DNA of 64,000 nucleotides from Dehalococcoidia bacterium (GTDB lineage Bacteria; Chloroflexota; Dehalococcoidia; UBA2979): assembly GCA_965204835.1 (NCBI GenBank), contig OZ242017.1:2182066-2246065 (forward strand), read 5' to 3'. Below, piece by piece: positions 48,354 to 57,361 of this stretch. Made by a program: the position numbers and the translations under genes. The notes under the pieces are model-generated. The model was not told the origin of the DNA and did not search any database. It saw nothing but the letters and a program-made list of their open reading frames with translations. Every line of letters starts with the position of its first letter. Positions within the stretch are counted from its first letter, which is position 1.

Positions 48354-49196
48354 GTGTCGCGCTTCCACGTCGAGGGCCTGGGACTCCACGCCGACGTCAC
48401 CGGGACCGGGCCGCCGCTGGTGCTGCTGCACGGCTTCACCGGCTCCGCCGACACCTGGTCCGGCCTCACCGCCGCCCTCGCCGCCGACTACACCGTGATC
48501 GCGCTCGACCTCGTCGGCCACGGGCGCTCCGACGCGCCCGAGGACGTCGAGCGCTACCGCATGCCGCGCGCCGCCGCAGACCTCGTCGCGCTCGTGCGCC
48601 AGCTCGGCCACGAGCGTGCGGCGTGGCTCGGCTACTCCCTCGGCGGACGCACGGCGCTACAGCTCGTCGCGGACCACCCCGGGGCCGTCGAGGCGCTGAT
48701 CCTCGAAGGCGCCTCGCCGGGCATCGCCGACGCCGAGGAGCGCTCAGCGCGCGTCCGCAGCGACGAGGCGATGGCGGAGCGCATCGAGCGCGACGGCGTC
48801 GAGGCGTTCGTCGACACATGGGAGCAGGTGCCGCTGTTCGCCTCGCAGCTCGCGCTGCCGGCCGAGACGCGGGCCGCAATCCGCGCGACGCGGACGGCGA
48901 ACACCGCGACGGGGCTCGCCAACTCGCTGCGCGGGATGGGCGCCGGGGCGCAGGAGCCGGTGCTCGATCGGCTCGCGGCGATCGCCTGCCCGACGCTGCT
49001 GATCGCGGGCGAACTGGATACGAAGTACGTCGAGATCGCCGGGGATATGGCGCGCACGATGCCGGACGCTACGATGCATGCGATCGAGGGCGCCGGGCAC
49101 GCCGCGCACCTCGAGCGTCCCGAGGCGTTCCGGCGCCCGCTGCTCGAGTTCCTGCGCCACGCCTACCCGGGGGCACGCGCCGCGGCGAAGGCCTGA
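48354..49196 (+). CDS. menH: SHCHC synthase (alpha/beta hydrolase)
   Basis: [14 protein letters not shown] nucleophile elbow and a C-terminal His. Position between menD and menB. Confidence 0.8.
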   Translation: MSRFHVEGLGLHADVTGTGPPLVLLHGFTGSADTWSGLTAALAADYTVIALDLVGHGRSDAPEDVERYRMPRAAADLVALVRQLGHERAAWLGYSLGGRTALQLVADHPGAVEALILEGASPGIADAEERSARVRSDEAMAERIERDGVEAFVDTWEQVPLFASQLALPAETRAAIRATRTANTATGLANSLRGMGAGAQEPVLDRLAAIACPTLLIAGELDTKYVEIAGDMARTMPDATMHAIEGAGHAAHLERPEAFRRPLLEFLRHAYPGARAAAKA

Positions 49197-49216
49197 CACG
49201 CGAAGACGGATTGGGA

Positions 49217-50059
49217 ATGACCATGACCACGAACGGCAGCCAGGGCATCGAGTGGGAACAGATCGGCGAGCACAGCGACATCCTCTACCACAAGGCCGAG
49301 GGCATCGCGAAGATCACGATGAACCGGCCCGAGGTGCTCAACGCCTTCCGCCCCCAGACCCTGGACCAGATGGCGTGGGCCTTCGAGGACGCGCACATGG
49401 ACGCCGACATCGGCGTCGTGCTGCTCACCGGCGAGGGCAACCGCGCGTTCTGCACCGGCGGCGACCAGCGCGTGCGCGGCGAGGGCGGCTACGTCGGCGA
49501 CGACGGCGTCCCGACGCTCAACGTGCTGCCGCTGCAGCGCTACATCCGCTCGATGCCGAAGCCGGTGATCGCGCTCGTCAACGGCTACGCCATCGGCGGC
49601 GGGCACGTCCTGCACGTCATCTGCGACCTCACCATCGCCGCCGACACCGCGCGCTTCGGCCAGGTGGGCCCGCGCGTCGGCTCGTTCGACGCGGGTCTGG
49701 GCGCCTCGCAGCTCGCGCGCATCGTGGGGCACAAGAAGGCGCGGGAGATCTGGTACCTGTGCCGCCAGTACAGCGCGCAGGAGGCCGTCGACATGGGCCT
49801 CGCCAACGCCGTGGTCCCGGCCGACCAGTTGGAGGCCGAGGGCGTGCAGTGGGCGCGCGAGATCCTCTCGCACAGCGCCACGGCGATCCGCTTCATGAAG
49901 ATGGGCTTCCTCGCCGACACCGACGGCATCGTCGGCCTGCAGCAGATCGCCGGCGACGCGACCTCGCTCTTCTACCGCACCGACGAGGGCAAGGAGGGCC
50001 GCAACGCCTTCCTGGAGAAGCGCACGCCAAACTTCAAGCAGTTCGAGCGCCTGCCCTGA
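49217..50059 (+). CDS. menB: 1,4-dihydroxy-2-naphthoyl-CoA synthase (crotonase family)
   Basis: …[11 protein letters not shown]…[22 protein letters not shown]… with strong MenB similarity. Confidence 0.9.
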   Translation: MTMTTNGSQGIEWEQIGEHSDILYHKAEGIAKITMNRPEVLNAFRPQTLDQMAWAFEDAHMDADIGVVLLTGEGNRAFCTGGDQRVRGEGGYVGDDGVPTLNVLPLQRYIRSMPKPVIALVNGYAIGGGHVLHVICDLTIAADTARFGQVGPRVGSFDAGLGASQLARIVGHKKAREIWYLCRQYSAQEAVDMGLANAVVPADQLEAEGVQWAREILSHSATAIRFMKMGFLADTDGIVGLQQIAGDATSLFYRTDEGKEGRNAFLEKRTPNFKQFERLP

Positions 50060-50082
50060 GCGAGCCCGTCGAGGACCACGCG

Positions 50083-50997
50083 ATGCAGGAGGCCTCGCAG
50101 CCGTCGGCCGTGGGCGGCCCGTCCCGCCTGGGGGCGTGGGTGCTGGCCGCGCGCCCGCCGACGCTGACGGCCGCGGCCACGCCCGTGGTCGTCGGCACGG
50201 CCGTCGCGCTGCACGCGGGCGAGGCGCAGGCCGGCCCGGCCGCCGCCGCCATGCTCGGCGCGCTCGCCATCCAGGTGGGGGCGAACCTCGCCAACGACGT
50301 CTCCGACTTCCGCCGCGGCGCCGACACCGCCGACCGCATCGGCCCGCCGCGCGTCACGCAGCTCGGGATCCTGAGCGAGCGGCAGGTGATCGGCGGCCTC
50401 GTGGTGGCGTTCGGCGTCGCGACGCTGGCGGGGCTGTACCTGATCGCGGTCGCGGGCTGGCCCGTGCTCGCCGCGGGGGTCGCCTCGATGCTGGCCGCGC
50501 TCGCATACACGGGCGGGCCATGGCCGTTCGGCTACCACGGCCTGGGTGACGTCTTCGTGTTCATCTTCTTCGGCCTCGTCGCCGTCGTGGGTACCTACTA
50601 CGTGCAGGCCGAGGCGATCACTGCGGCAGCCATAGCAGCCGCCGTGCCCGTGGGCTGTACCGTGACCGCGATCCTCATGGTCAACAACATCCGCGACATC
50701 GAGACCGACGAGGCGGCCGGGAAGCGCACCCTCGCCGTCATGATCGGCCGCCAGCCGTCGCGCTGGCTGTTCGTCGCCACCGTGGCGGTGGCGTACCTCA
50801 GCGCCGCCGCGCTGGCGCCCATCGACGGCTTCGGCGCGTGGACGCTGCTCGCGTGGCTGAGCCTCCCGTTCGCCGTCTCGCCCGTGCGCGCGGTCATGAC
50901 CAGCACCGACGGTCCGACGCTGAACGCGGCCCTGCGCGCCACCGCGCGCCTCCACCTCGTGCTCGGCGTGCTGCTCGCCGTCGGCCTCGCCGTCTGA
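50083..50997 (+). CDS. menA: 1,4-dihydroxy-2-naphthoate polyprenyltransferase (UbiA family)
   Basis: UbiA-type TM prenyltransferase with NDVSDFRRGAD and a DxxxD-like second motif. Confidence 0.9.
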   Translation: MQEASQPSAVGGPSRLGAWVLAARPPTLTAAATPVVVGTAVALHAGEAQAGPAAAAMLGALAIQVGANLANDVSDFRRGADTADRIGPPRVTQLGILSERQVIGGLVVAFGVATLAGLYLIAVAGWPVLAAGVASMLAALAYTGGPWPFGYHGLGDVFVFIFFGLVAVVGTYYVQAEAITAAAIAAAVPVGCTVTAILMVNNIRDIETDEAAGKRTLAVMIGRQPSRWLFVATVAVAYLSAAALAPIDGFGAWTLLAWLSLPFAVSPVRAVMTSTDGPTLNAALRATARLHLVLGVLLAVGLAV

Positions 50998-51011
50998 GGT
51001 CGCCGGGCGTC

Positions 51012-52121
51012 ATGTCGATCACCCGCCTCCGTTACCGCCCGTTCAGGCTGGCCCTGCGCGCGCCCATCGAGACGGCTCGCGCGACGATCGAGCACCGGGC
51101 GGGTGTGGTCGTGGAACTCGTCGACAGCGCGGGCCGACGCGGCCTCGGGGAAGCGTCGCCCATGCCCGAGTTCGACGAGGGCGGGGCCGACGACGTGCTG
51201 CGCCTGATCGAGGCGCACGCGCCGGCCATGCTCCGCGGCGATGCGCTCCCGGACGACGAGCGCGGCCCCGGCTCGGCGGCGCTGCAATGCGCGCTCGACG
51301 TGGCCCTGCTCGACCTCGAAGGCCAGCAGCAAGACGTCCCCCTCGCGGCTCTGCTGGCGGAGGAACCGCGCGCGACTGTCGAGGCGAATGCAGTGATCGG
51401 CGACGGAGCGCCGGCGCGGGTACTGGAGCAGGTACGAGCGGCGTGGAACGCCGGCTTCGTCACCCTCAAGCTCAAGGTCGGCGCCAGATCCCCGGACGAG
51501 GACGTGCGCCGCGTGCGCTTCATCCGCATGGCCATGCCGGAGGCGCGGCTACGGCTCGACGCCAACGGCGGCTGGGATGAGGCAACCGCCGCCGACACGC
51601 TGCGCCGCCTTGAAGGGTGCGAGCTCGAACTCGTCGAGCAGCCGGTCCCCGTGCGAGCAACGGAAGCGCTGGCCAGGCTCAGTCGCAGCGCACCGTGCCT
51701 CGTCGCCGCCGACGAAGCGGTCGCGTCGCTCGACGACGGCCGCACCCTGCTCGCGGCGGGCGCCGTCGGCGCCCTGGTGCTGAAGCCGATGCGGCTCGGC
51801 GGCATCCGCCCGGCGCTGGCGCTCGCGCGCGAAGCGGCCGAGCGCGGCGTGGCGTGCGTGGTGACGACGACCTTCGACTCCGGCATCGGCATCGCCGCCG
51901 CACTCCACCTCGCGGCGGCCGTCCCGGCCGTCGATGCGCTGCCCGATCCGGCGCACGGCCTCGCGACGGCGGACCACCTCGCGGCCGACATCGTCGTCGA
52001 GCCTCCGCGCCCCAGCGACGGCTCGATGACCCTGACACGCCGGCCCGGGCTCGGGGTCGAACTCGACATGCTGCGGCTCGACGCGGCCGCAACCGCGCCC
52101 TGGACTGCCCTCGACGCCTGA
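51012..52121 (+). CDS. menC: o-succinylbenzoate synthase (enolase superfamily)
   Basis: Enolase-superfamily barrel (KLKVG, …LELVEQP…, …VLKPMRLGG…). Last gene of the men cluster. Confidence 0.85.
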   Translation: MSITRLRYRPFRLALRAPIETARATIEHRAGVVVELVDSAGRRGLGEASPMPEFDEGGADDVLRLIEAHAPAMLRGDALPDDERGPGSAALQCALDVALLDLEGQQQDVPLAALLAEEPRATVEANAVIGDGAPARVLEQVRAAWNAGFVTLKLKVGARSPDEDVRRVRFIRMAMPEARLRLDANGGWDEATAADTLRRLEGCELELVEQPVPVRATEALARLSRSAPCLVAADEAVASLDDGRTLLAAGAVGALVLKPMRLGGIRPALALAREAAERGVACVVTTTFDSGIGIAAALHLAAAVPAVDALPDPAHGLATADHLAADIVVEPPRPSDGSMTLTRRPGLGVELDMLRLDAAATAPWTALDA

Positions 52122-52146
52122 CGCGGGCCAGCACCGTGCGGTCGCA

Positions 52147-52890
52147 TTGACGCCCGCGCCGCCCGCTGCGGAGAATGACGGGCCCGCCCACGCCCGCCGG
52201 AAGGACGATCCCATCGCCGGACGCCGTTTCTACGTCGACCTCCACTCCCACTCGACCGACGCGTCCGACGACGCCGGCGGGACTGTCGAGGGCTACCTGA
52301 AGTGGATCGCCTCACGGCGCAAGCGCGGCTACCACATCGACGGCTTCGTGCTCACCGAGCACCGCCAGTTCGACCCGAGCGTGGAGTACGAGGCGCTCGC
52401 CGAGCAGTACGAGACGGTCGTGCTGCGAGGCGCGGAGCTGGAGACGACGGTCGGGCACGTGCTCGTCTACGGCATCACCCCTGAGTTCGCGCGGCACTTC
52501 GACATGTCGTCCACCACGCTGCCGCCGGGCGACCTGTTCCGTATCGCGCGCGAGACGGGCGGCTTCGCCGTCGCGGCGCACGCGGGGCGGCCGAGCATCG
52601 GCATCGCGGAACACGTGGCGAACGGGCACGACCTCGATCACGTCGAGGCGATCGAGGCGCTCAACGGGGGCAGCTCGGACCACGAGAACCAGATCGGGGC
52701 CGAACTCGCCGAGCAGCACGGCCTGCACCAGGTCGGGGGCAGCGACGCGCACTACGTGAGCGCGATCGGTCGTTGCCTCACGGCCTTCGCCCAACCGATC
52801 ACCACCCTCGAGGACCTGGTGGAGCAACTGGCGTCGGGCGACTACTATCCGGTGACAATCGAGCAGACGCTCGAGGAAGAGGCGGTATGA
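52147..52890 (+). CDS. PHP-domain metal-dependent phosphoesterase
   Basis: YVDLHSHS, …AAHAGRP… and …GGSDAHYV… His/Asp motifs of the PHP family. The only in-frame start is TTG 52147. Confidence 0.7.
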   Translation: MTPAPPAAENDGPAHARRKDDPIAGRRFYVDLHSHSTDASDDAGGTVEGYLKWIASRRKRGYHIDGFVLTEHRQFDPSVEYEALAEQYETVVLRGAELETTVGHVLVYGITPEFARHFDMSSTTLPPGDLFRIARETGGFAVAAHAGRPSIGIAEHVANGHDLDHVEAIEALNGGSSDHENQIGAELAEQHGLHQVGGSDAHYVSAIGRCLTAFAQPITTLEDLVEQLASGDYYPVTIEQTLEEEAV

Positions 52891-53318
52891 GCGACGAAGC
52901 AGTGTTCGAATACGACGAGAGCGTGATCGGCATCGAGGAAGAGGTCGGCACGATCACCGTCGAGGCGGAGACGGTGGCGCGCTACTGCGAGCTGATGGGT
53001 GAGACCAACCCGCTCTACACGGAGCAGGGCTTTGTGCCGCCCAGCTACCTGCAGCGCATGCGCTTCCGCGGTGGCCCGGACCCGAAGGTGAAGTTCGGCA
53101 ACACCGGGTTCCACGCGGGCTCGCGGATGGAGCTGATCAAGCCCGTGAAGGTCGGCCAGACCCTCACCGGCTGGGCGCAGGCCAAGGAGGTCTACGCCAA
53201 GACCGGCCGCAGCGGCACCATGGTCTTCCAGGTCAGCCGCCTCACCTACCGCGACGAGGACGGCGAGCCCGTCGCCCACTCCGACCAGCTCATGGTGCGG
53301 AGGCAGATAGGCGAATGA
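52887..53318 (+). CDS. hotdog-fold protein (HadA/UPF0336-like N-terminal-half dehydratase subunit)
   Basis: 144-aa hotdog-like protein. ATGA overlap with PHP and with the next hotdog gene. Confidence 0.6.
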   Translation: MSDEAVFEYDESVIGIEEEVGTITVEAETVARYCELMGETNPLYTEQGFVPPSYLQRMRFRGGPDPKVKFGNTGFHAGSRMELIKPVKVGQTLTGWAQAKEVYAKTGRSGTMVFQVSRLTYRDEDGEPVAHSDQLMVRRQIGE

Positions 53319-53782
53319 AGACCGTCGACCCCACCACGCAGAACTACTTCGACGACATCGACCTCGGCGACGAGTTCGAGGACGAGTGGACCCCGACGAT
53401 GGACCAGGTGCTCGGCTACCTGGGCCTCGAGGGCGACGCGCTCGGCGAGGGCGGCGGCCCCACCGGGGATGGACGCTTCACCGACCCCGAGGGCGCGAAG
53501 AAGCTCGGCTTCCCGAAGCCCATCGTGCCCGGCGCGTTCAGCCTCTCGAAGCTGACCAAGCTCGTCACCGACTGGGCCGGCACCGGCGGCACCGTCGACT
53601 TCGTCGACGTGAACTTCCGCCGGCCCGTGCTGCACGACGACGCCCTCAAGGTGCTCGGCCTCGTGACCGACACCGAGGAAGGCGACGGCGGCGGCACGGT
53701 GAAGCTCGACATCTACCTCGAGAACGAGCGAGGCGAGCGGCCTCTGCAGGGCACCGCGGTGGTGCAGCTGCCGAAGCGCTAG
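53315..53782 (+). CDS. MaoC-like hotdog-fold dehydratase subunit (degenerate hydratase motif)
   Basis: 155-aa MaoC_dehydratas-like C-terminal half (…GFPKPIVPGAFSLSKL…). Confidence 0.6.
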   Translation: MKTVDPTTQNYFDDIDLGDEFEDEWTPTMDQVLGYLGLEGDALGEGGGPTGDGRFTDPEGAKKLGFPKPIVPGAFSLSKLTKLVTDWAGTGGTVDFVDVNFRRPVLHDDALKVLGLVTDTEEGDGGGTVKLDIYLENERGERPLQGTAVVQLPKR

Positions 53783-53867
53783 CCTCGGAGCGCACGACCT
53801 CGAAGCGCCGGTGACGGGCCCTGCCCGCACCGGCGCTCGTTCGTCTCGCGGCGCGGCGAGGTGACCC

Positions 53868-54299
53868 GTGGAAGCGCTGACGGAGACCCTGGACAGCTTT
53901 GAGTCCACCTGGGCGATGGTGCCGATCCGCCTCGCCCTCGGCGTGATATTCGTGCACGCGGGCTACGGCAAGTTCCGTCGCGGCGTCGGCGGCTTCGCGT
54001 CCTGGCTCGGCGAGCTCGGCATCCCGCTGTCCCGTGTGGCCGGACCCTTTGTCGCGGCGCTCGAACTGGTCGGCGGACTGATGTTGATCGTGGGCGTGTT
54101 CACGTCGTTGGTCGCGATCCCGCTGGCGGTGAGCATGTTGGTGGCGGGGTACGTGAACAAGGTGAAGCTGCACCTGCCGTTCGCGGGCAACGAGAACGCG
54201 CAGGGCTACGAGCTCGACATCCTCATGTTCGCGGCCCTGCTCGCACTCGTCATCGGCGGTGCCGGGCCGCTGTCCGTCGACGCGTTCCTGGGGCCGTAG
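53868..54299 (+). CDS. DoxX-family membrane protein
   Basis: Four-TM DoxX pattern (LRLALGVIFVHAGYGKF…). GTG 53868 after GAGGTGA. Confidence 0.85.
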   Translation: MEALTETLDSFESTWAMVPIRLALGVIFVHAGYGKFRRGVGGFASWLGELGIPLSRVAGPFVAALELVGGLMLIVGVFTSLVAIPLAVSMLVAGYVNKVKLHLPFAGNENAQGYELDILMFAALLALVIGGAGPLSVDAFLGP

Positions 54300-54354
54300 C
54301 CGCCGGGCTACCGTGTCCCGTTCCACTTGAAGTGCGTCAAGCTAGGACTTAACA

Positions 54355-54723
54355 TTGCCGTTGAGGCTCTTCCATGAGGGCGCGCGGTTCTCGTTGTTGC
54401 TCTACGAACGGAGCGGTGGGGACAGCCCGTTCACCGAGTTTCTACGAGGGCTGACCCGCAAGGATCGAGCGCGGCTCACGGGACTCCTCGAGCGGGTGGC
54501 GGATCACGGTCCGCTATACAGTCCGGAGCGATCCGTCCCGCTCACCGGACAGGACTTCCTGGAGTTCAAGTCCGGGCAGCAGCGGATATTCTGGTGCTAT
54601 GCCCCGGGCAGGCGGATCGTGCTGATGCATGGCTTCACGAAGAAGTCGAATCAGACACCGCGGAGGGAACTACGCACCGGAGCGCGGCTCCGCGAGGAAG
54701 TCCGGGACGAGATAGGCGAGTGA
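54355..54723 (+). CDS. type II toxin, RelE/ParE superfamily (HigB/Gp49-like)
   Basis: …ERSGGDSPFTEFLRGL… matches the Gp49/HigB-like N-terminal motif. The only available in-frame start is TTG 54355 with a TAGGA RBS. Followed by an XRE antitoxin. Confidence 0.7.
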   Translation: MPLRLFHEGARFSLLLYERSGGDSPFTEFLRGLTRKDRARLTGLLERVADHGPLYSPERSVPLTGQDFLEFKSGQQRIFWCYAPGRRIVLMHGFTKKSNQTPRRELRTGARLREEVRDEIGE

Positions 54724-54733
54724 CGAGGCACCC

Positions 54734-55069
54734 ATGGTGAAGCTGCAGGACTGGATCGACGAGTTCCAGGGCGATCCCGACTACGAGTTCACGAAGGTCG
54801 CCATCGACATCGGCGAGCAGATCGTGGCGCGCATGGAGGAGCGAGGGATGACGCAGGCCGACCTCGCGCGGGCCATGGGCGTCAGCCGGGCGCGCGTGAG
54901 CCAGATCCTGCGAGGCAACGACAACCTCACGCTTAAGAGCATCGTCGCCGTCGCCATCGCCCTCGACTGCCGCGTCGAGATGCTGCTGCAGCCCGTCCCG
55001 GCGACTGAACCGGACCAGCAGGCTCAGCCGTCGACCAAGGAGGCCCGGCCGCTCGCCCGCGCAACGTAG
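54734..55069 (+). CDS. HigA-like antitoxin, XRE-family HTH
   Basis: HTH MTQADLARAMGVSRARVSQILRG. Immediately downstream of the toxin gene. Confidence 0.8.
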   Translation: MVKLQDWIDEFQGDPDYEFTKVAIDIGEQIVARMEERGMTQADLARAMGVSRARVSQILRGNDNLTLKSIVAVAIALDCRVEMLLQPVPATEPDQQAQPSTKEARPLARAT

Positions 55070-55084
55070 GCCGACGCCGCTCCC

Positions 55085-55468
55085 CTATGCCGCCGCGCCC
55101 AGCGCGCGGGCGACTTCCCCGATGTCCCGAGGGAGCACCGACACGCCGGGCTTGATCAGCGCCTCCGGGAAGCGCGACACCTCCGGCGCCAGCCGCACCG
55201 CAATGACTCGTTTGCCGAGCTGCCGGCTCTTGCGTATCTCCCAGTTCACCGAGTCGCTGCGCCACGTCGTCTTGCCCACAAGGCAGACCGTGGCCGAGCA
55301 CGAGCGGATCAGCTCCTCGACGTTCATGCGCCGTGCTCGCTCGAACGGTTCCCGCACCGAGTAGTCGCGGAACTCGAGGCCCGCGTGCTCGGTCTCGGCC
55401 TGCCGGCGGATGGCGTCGGCCAGCCACTGGTCCTCGGCCGCGAAGCTGAGGAAGACGGTCTGGGTCAT
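55085..55468 (-). CDS. TIR-like domain protein (DUF1863/MTH538-type, ThsB-like)
   Basis: ATG 55468 after a GGTGGGGGA RBS. MTQTVFLSFAAEDQWLADAI…SATVCLVGKTTWRSDSVNWEIRKSRQLGKRVIAV matches the DUF1863 TIR-like pattern. 127 aa, GC about 65%. Confidence 0.65.
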   Translation of the reverse strand: MTQTVFLSFAAEDQWLADAIRRQAETEHAGLEFRDYSVREPFERARRMNVEELIRSCSATVCLVGKTTWRSDSVNWEIRKSRQLGKRVIAVRLAPEVSRFPEALIKPGVSVLPRDIGEVARALGAAA

Positions 55469-55577
55469 CGATGGTCCCCCCACCAACCCCGCCGCGCCCG
55501 AGTATAGCGCGGCTGCGAACGCGCGTTCTACCCCTGCGCCACCCCCACCCCCGCGGCCTTCGACGTACCATCCCCCC

Positions 55578-56660
55578 ATGCGCCGCCTCGACCCCCGCCG
55601 GCTCGCCCCTGGACGCATCGACGCGTGGACGGTCCCGCACCGGCTGCGCTTCCTTGCGCGCGTCGTGGCGCTGCTGCTGGTGCTCGCCGCGCTGCCGGCA
55701 GCCCACGACTGGCTGCGCGCCACCGCCTTCACTGCCGACGTCGTGTTCCGGCTCCCCGGCCGCCCCATCACGTGGTTCACCGGCGACCCCTCGACGCACA
55801 CGCTCGACTACGCCGAGAGCGGCCGCGGGGTGCTCACGCTCCCCGCCGGCGACGGCGCGGTCCCCGGCCTCATCGTCGCGCTCGGCGCAGACCCCGCCGA
55901 GGCCGACGACGAGCGCGTCGTGCGCTTCACCGAGGGCCTCGCGCGCATCGGCTTCGCCGTGCTGCTCACGCAGTCCGATGAGCTCGACGCGGCCGTCGTC
56001 CAGCCCGTCGAGATCGGTCGCCTCACCGCGGCGTTCGAGGCGCTCGCGACCCACCCACGCGTGCGAGCAGACCGGGTCGGGTACGTCGGGCTCTCCGCCG
56101 GCGGGTCGCTGACGATCGTCGCGGCCTCACAGCCGGAGGTCGCCGGCGACGTCGCGTTCGTCGTCGCGATCGGGCCGTACTACGACGCGGCGAGCCTCGC
56201 GGCCTCGGTGCTCTCGCAAAGCTTCCGCGGCCCCGACGGCGTCGAGGCGTGGGATCCCGCCCGCATCTCCGAGCGCGCCGTCCTCAACACCCTCCTCGCC
56301 GCGCTCGACGAGCCGGGGCGCGCGGCCTTCGACGCGCTCGGTGAAGGGCCGACGATATACCAGGCGGAGGCGTTCCTCGCGGGGCTTGGAGCGGCGCCGC
56401 GCGCCAACCTCGATGGCATCAGCCCGAGCAGCCACATCGAGGGGCTGCGCGCGCCGCTGTACCTGCTCCACGACCGCGCCGACGCGTTCGTGCCGTGGGT
56501 CGAGTCCGAGGCGCTGGCCGCCGTCCACGAGCCCGCGCTCTATCACCGCCTCGACCTCTTCGACCACGTCGAGCCGGACCCCGGCAACCTGCGGCACGCG
56601 GCGCGCGACGGATGGCGGATACTGCGCCTGCTGGCGCACATCCTCGGCGAGTACGCGTGA
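55578..56660 (+). CDS. alpha/beta-hydrolase (Ser-Asp-His) with N-terminal TM anchor
   Basis: GLSAGG nucleophile elbow, plus downstream Asp (LHDRAD) and His (LFDHVEP). N-terminal hydrophobic helix. The upstream ORF extension is artifact. Confidence 0.7.
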   Translation: MRRLDPRRLAPGRIDAWTVPHRLRFLARVVALLLVLAALPAAHDWLRATAFTADVVFRLPGRPITWFTGDPSTHTLDYAESGRGVLTLPAGDGAVPGLIVALGADPAEADDERVVRFTEGLARIGFAVLLTQSDELDAAVVQPVEIGRLTAAFEALATHPRVRADRVGYVGLSAGGSLTIVAASQPEVAGDVAFVVAIGPYYDAASLAASVLSQSFRGPDGVEAWDPARISERAVLNTLLAALDEPGRAAFDALGEGPTIYQAEAFLAGLGAAPRANLDGISPSSHIEGLRAPLYLLHDRADAFVPWVESEALAAVHEPALYHRLDLFDHVEPDPGNLRHAARDGWRILRLLAHILGEYA

Positions 56661-56980
56661 GTGGTACGGTCGGCCGCATGGACGCTCCGACGCCGCCCGT
56701 GCTGCTGCTGACCTCGTGGCACCTGCCGCGCATGCGGTCGATGCCGCGCGCCTTCTGGCTCGCGCGCCGCCTCGACCGCGACGGCCGCGCCGCGCCGGGC
56801 TGCATCCGCATGCATCGATGGGTCTCACGCCGCTCGGTGCTGCTGACGAGCTGGTGGGAGTCGCGCGAGGCGGCCGCGGCATGGCGCGCCACCCCCACGT
56901 TCCGCGAACTCGACGGGCGGCTACGAGCCATCCCCGGCGCGGAGCCGCGGGTCGAGCTGCGCGGCGGCGAGGATGCCTGA
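56657..56980 (+). CDS. hypothetical protein (DUF3291-like)
   Basis: …SWHLPRMRSMPRAFWLARRL…RMHRWVSRRSVLLTSWWESREAAAAW… GTG overlaps the preceding stop. An alternative start is ATG 56678. Confidence 0.4.
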   Translation: MSGTVGRMDAPTPPVLLLTSWHLPRMRSMPRAFWLARRLDRDGRAAPGCIRMHRWVSRRSVLLTSWWESREAAAAWRATPTFRELDGRLRAIPGAEPRVELRGGEDA

Positions 56981-57151
56981 GGCTGGGCATGGGAGCGCCC
57001 CGTCGGCAGCATGGCTCTAGAACATCAGGTCTTATACGATTAGCAACACAGCCGCCGAGGGCGTGGTTCGCGGACTGCGTGCAACTCGACGAAGGGAAGA
57101 GGCACACAGGAAGCGCTGGTAGCGAAGCTACAAGCGGGGAGGGATACGAAC

Positions 57152-57361
57152 ATGAGCGACACACCATATGTGATCTACGAGGTCTCCTGCATCGAAGGAT
57201 TCTGCCGCTGGGAGCAACGGACAGGCCTGCGGAAGGGTACATTCCTGACCGCAGCGCGGCTCGGCTGGGAACACAGGGCGAAGACCGGCCATAAGGTCGT
57301 GGCCGTGCTGCCCCGCGAACGTGGCGCGGGCGATCATGCGCGGCCCGGTGCCAGACCCTAG
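57152..57361 (+). CDS. small hypothetical protein (69 aa)
   Basis: ATG 57152 after a GGGAGGG RBS. Region GC about 60%. The 3' end overlaps the convergent pncB by 4 nt. Confidence 0.35.
   Translation: MSDTPYVIYEVSCIEGFCRWEQRTGLRKGTFLTAARLGWEHRAKTGHKVVAVLPRERGAGDHARPGARP

Noticed and set aside
55085-55468. Complete Thoeris system
   Set aside because: Only a ThsB-like TIR gene is present. No SIR2 or Macro-SLOG ThsA candidate is adjacent, so it is reported as an unclassified TIR-containing islet rather than Thoeris.
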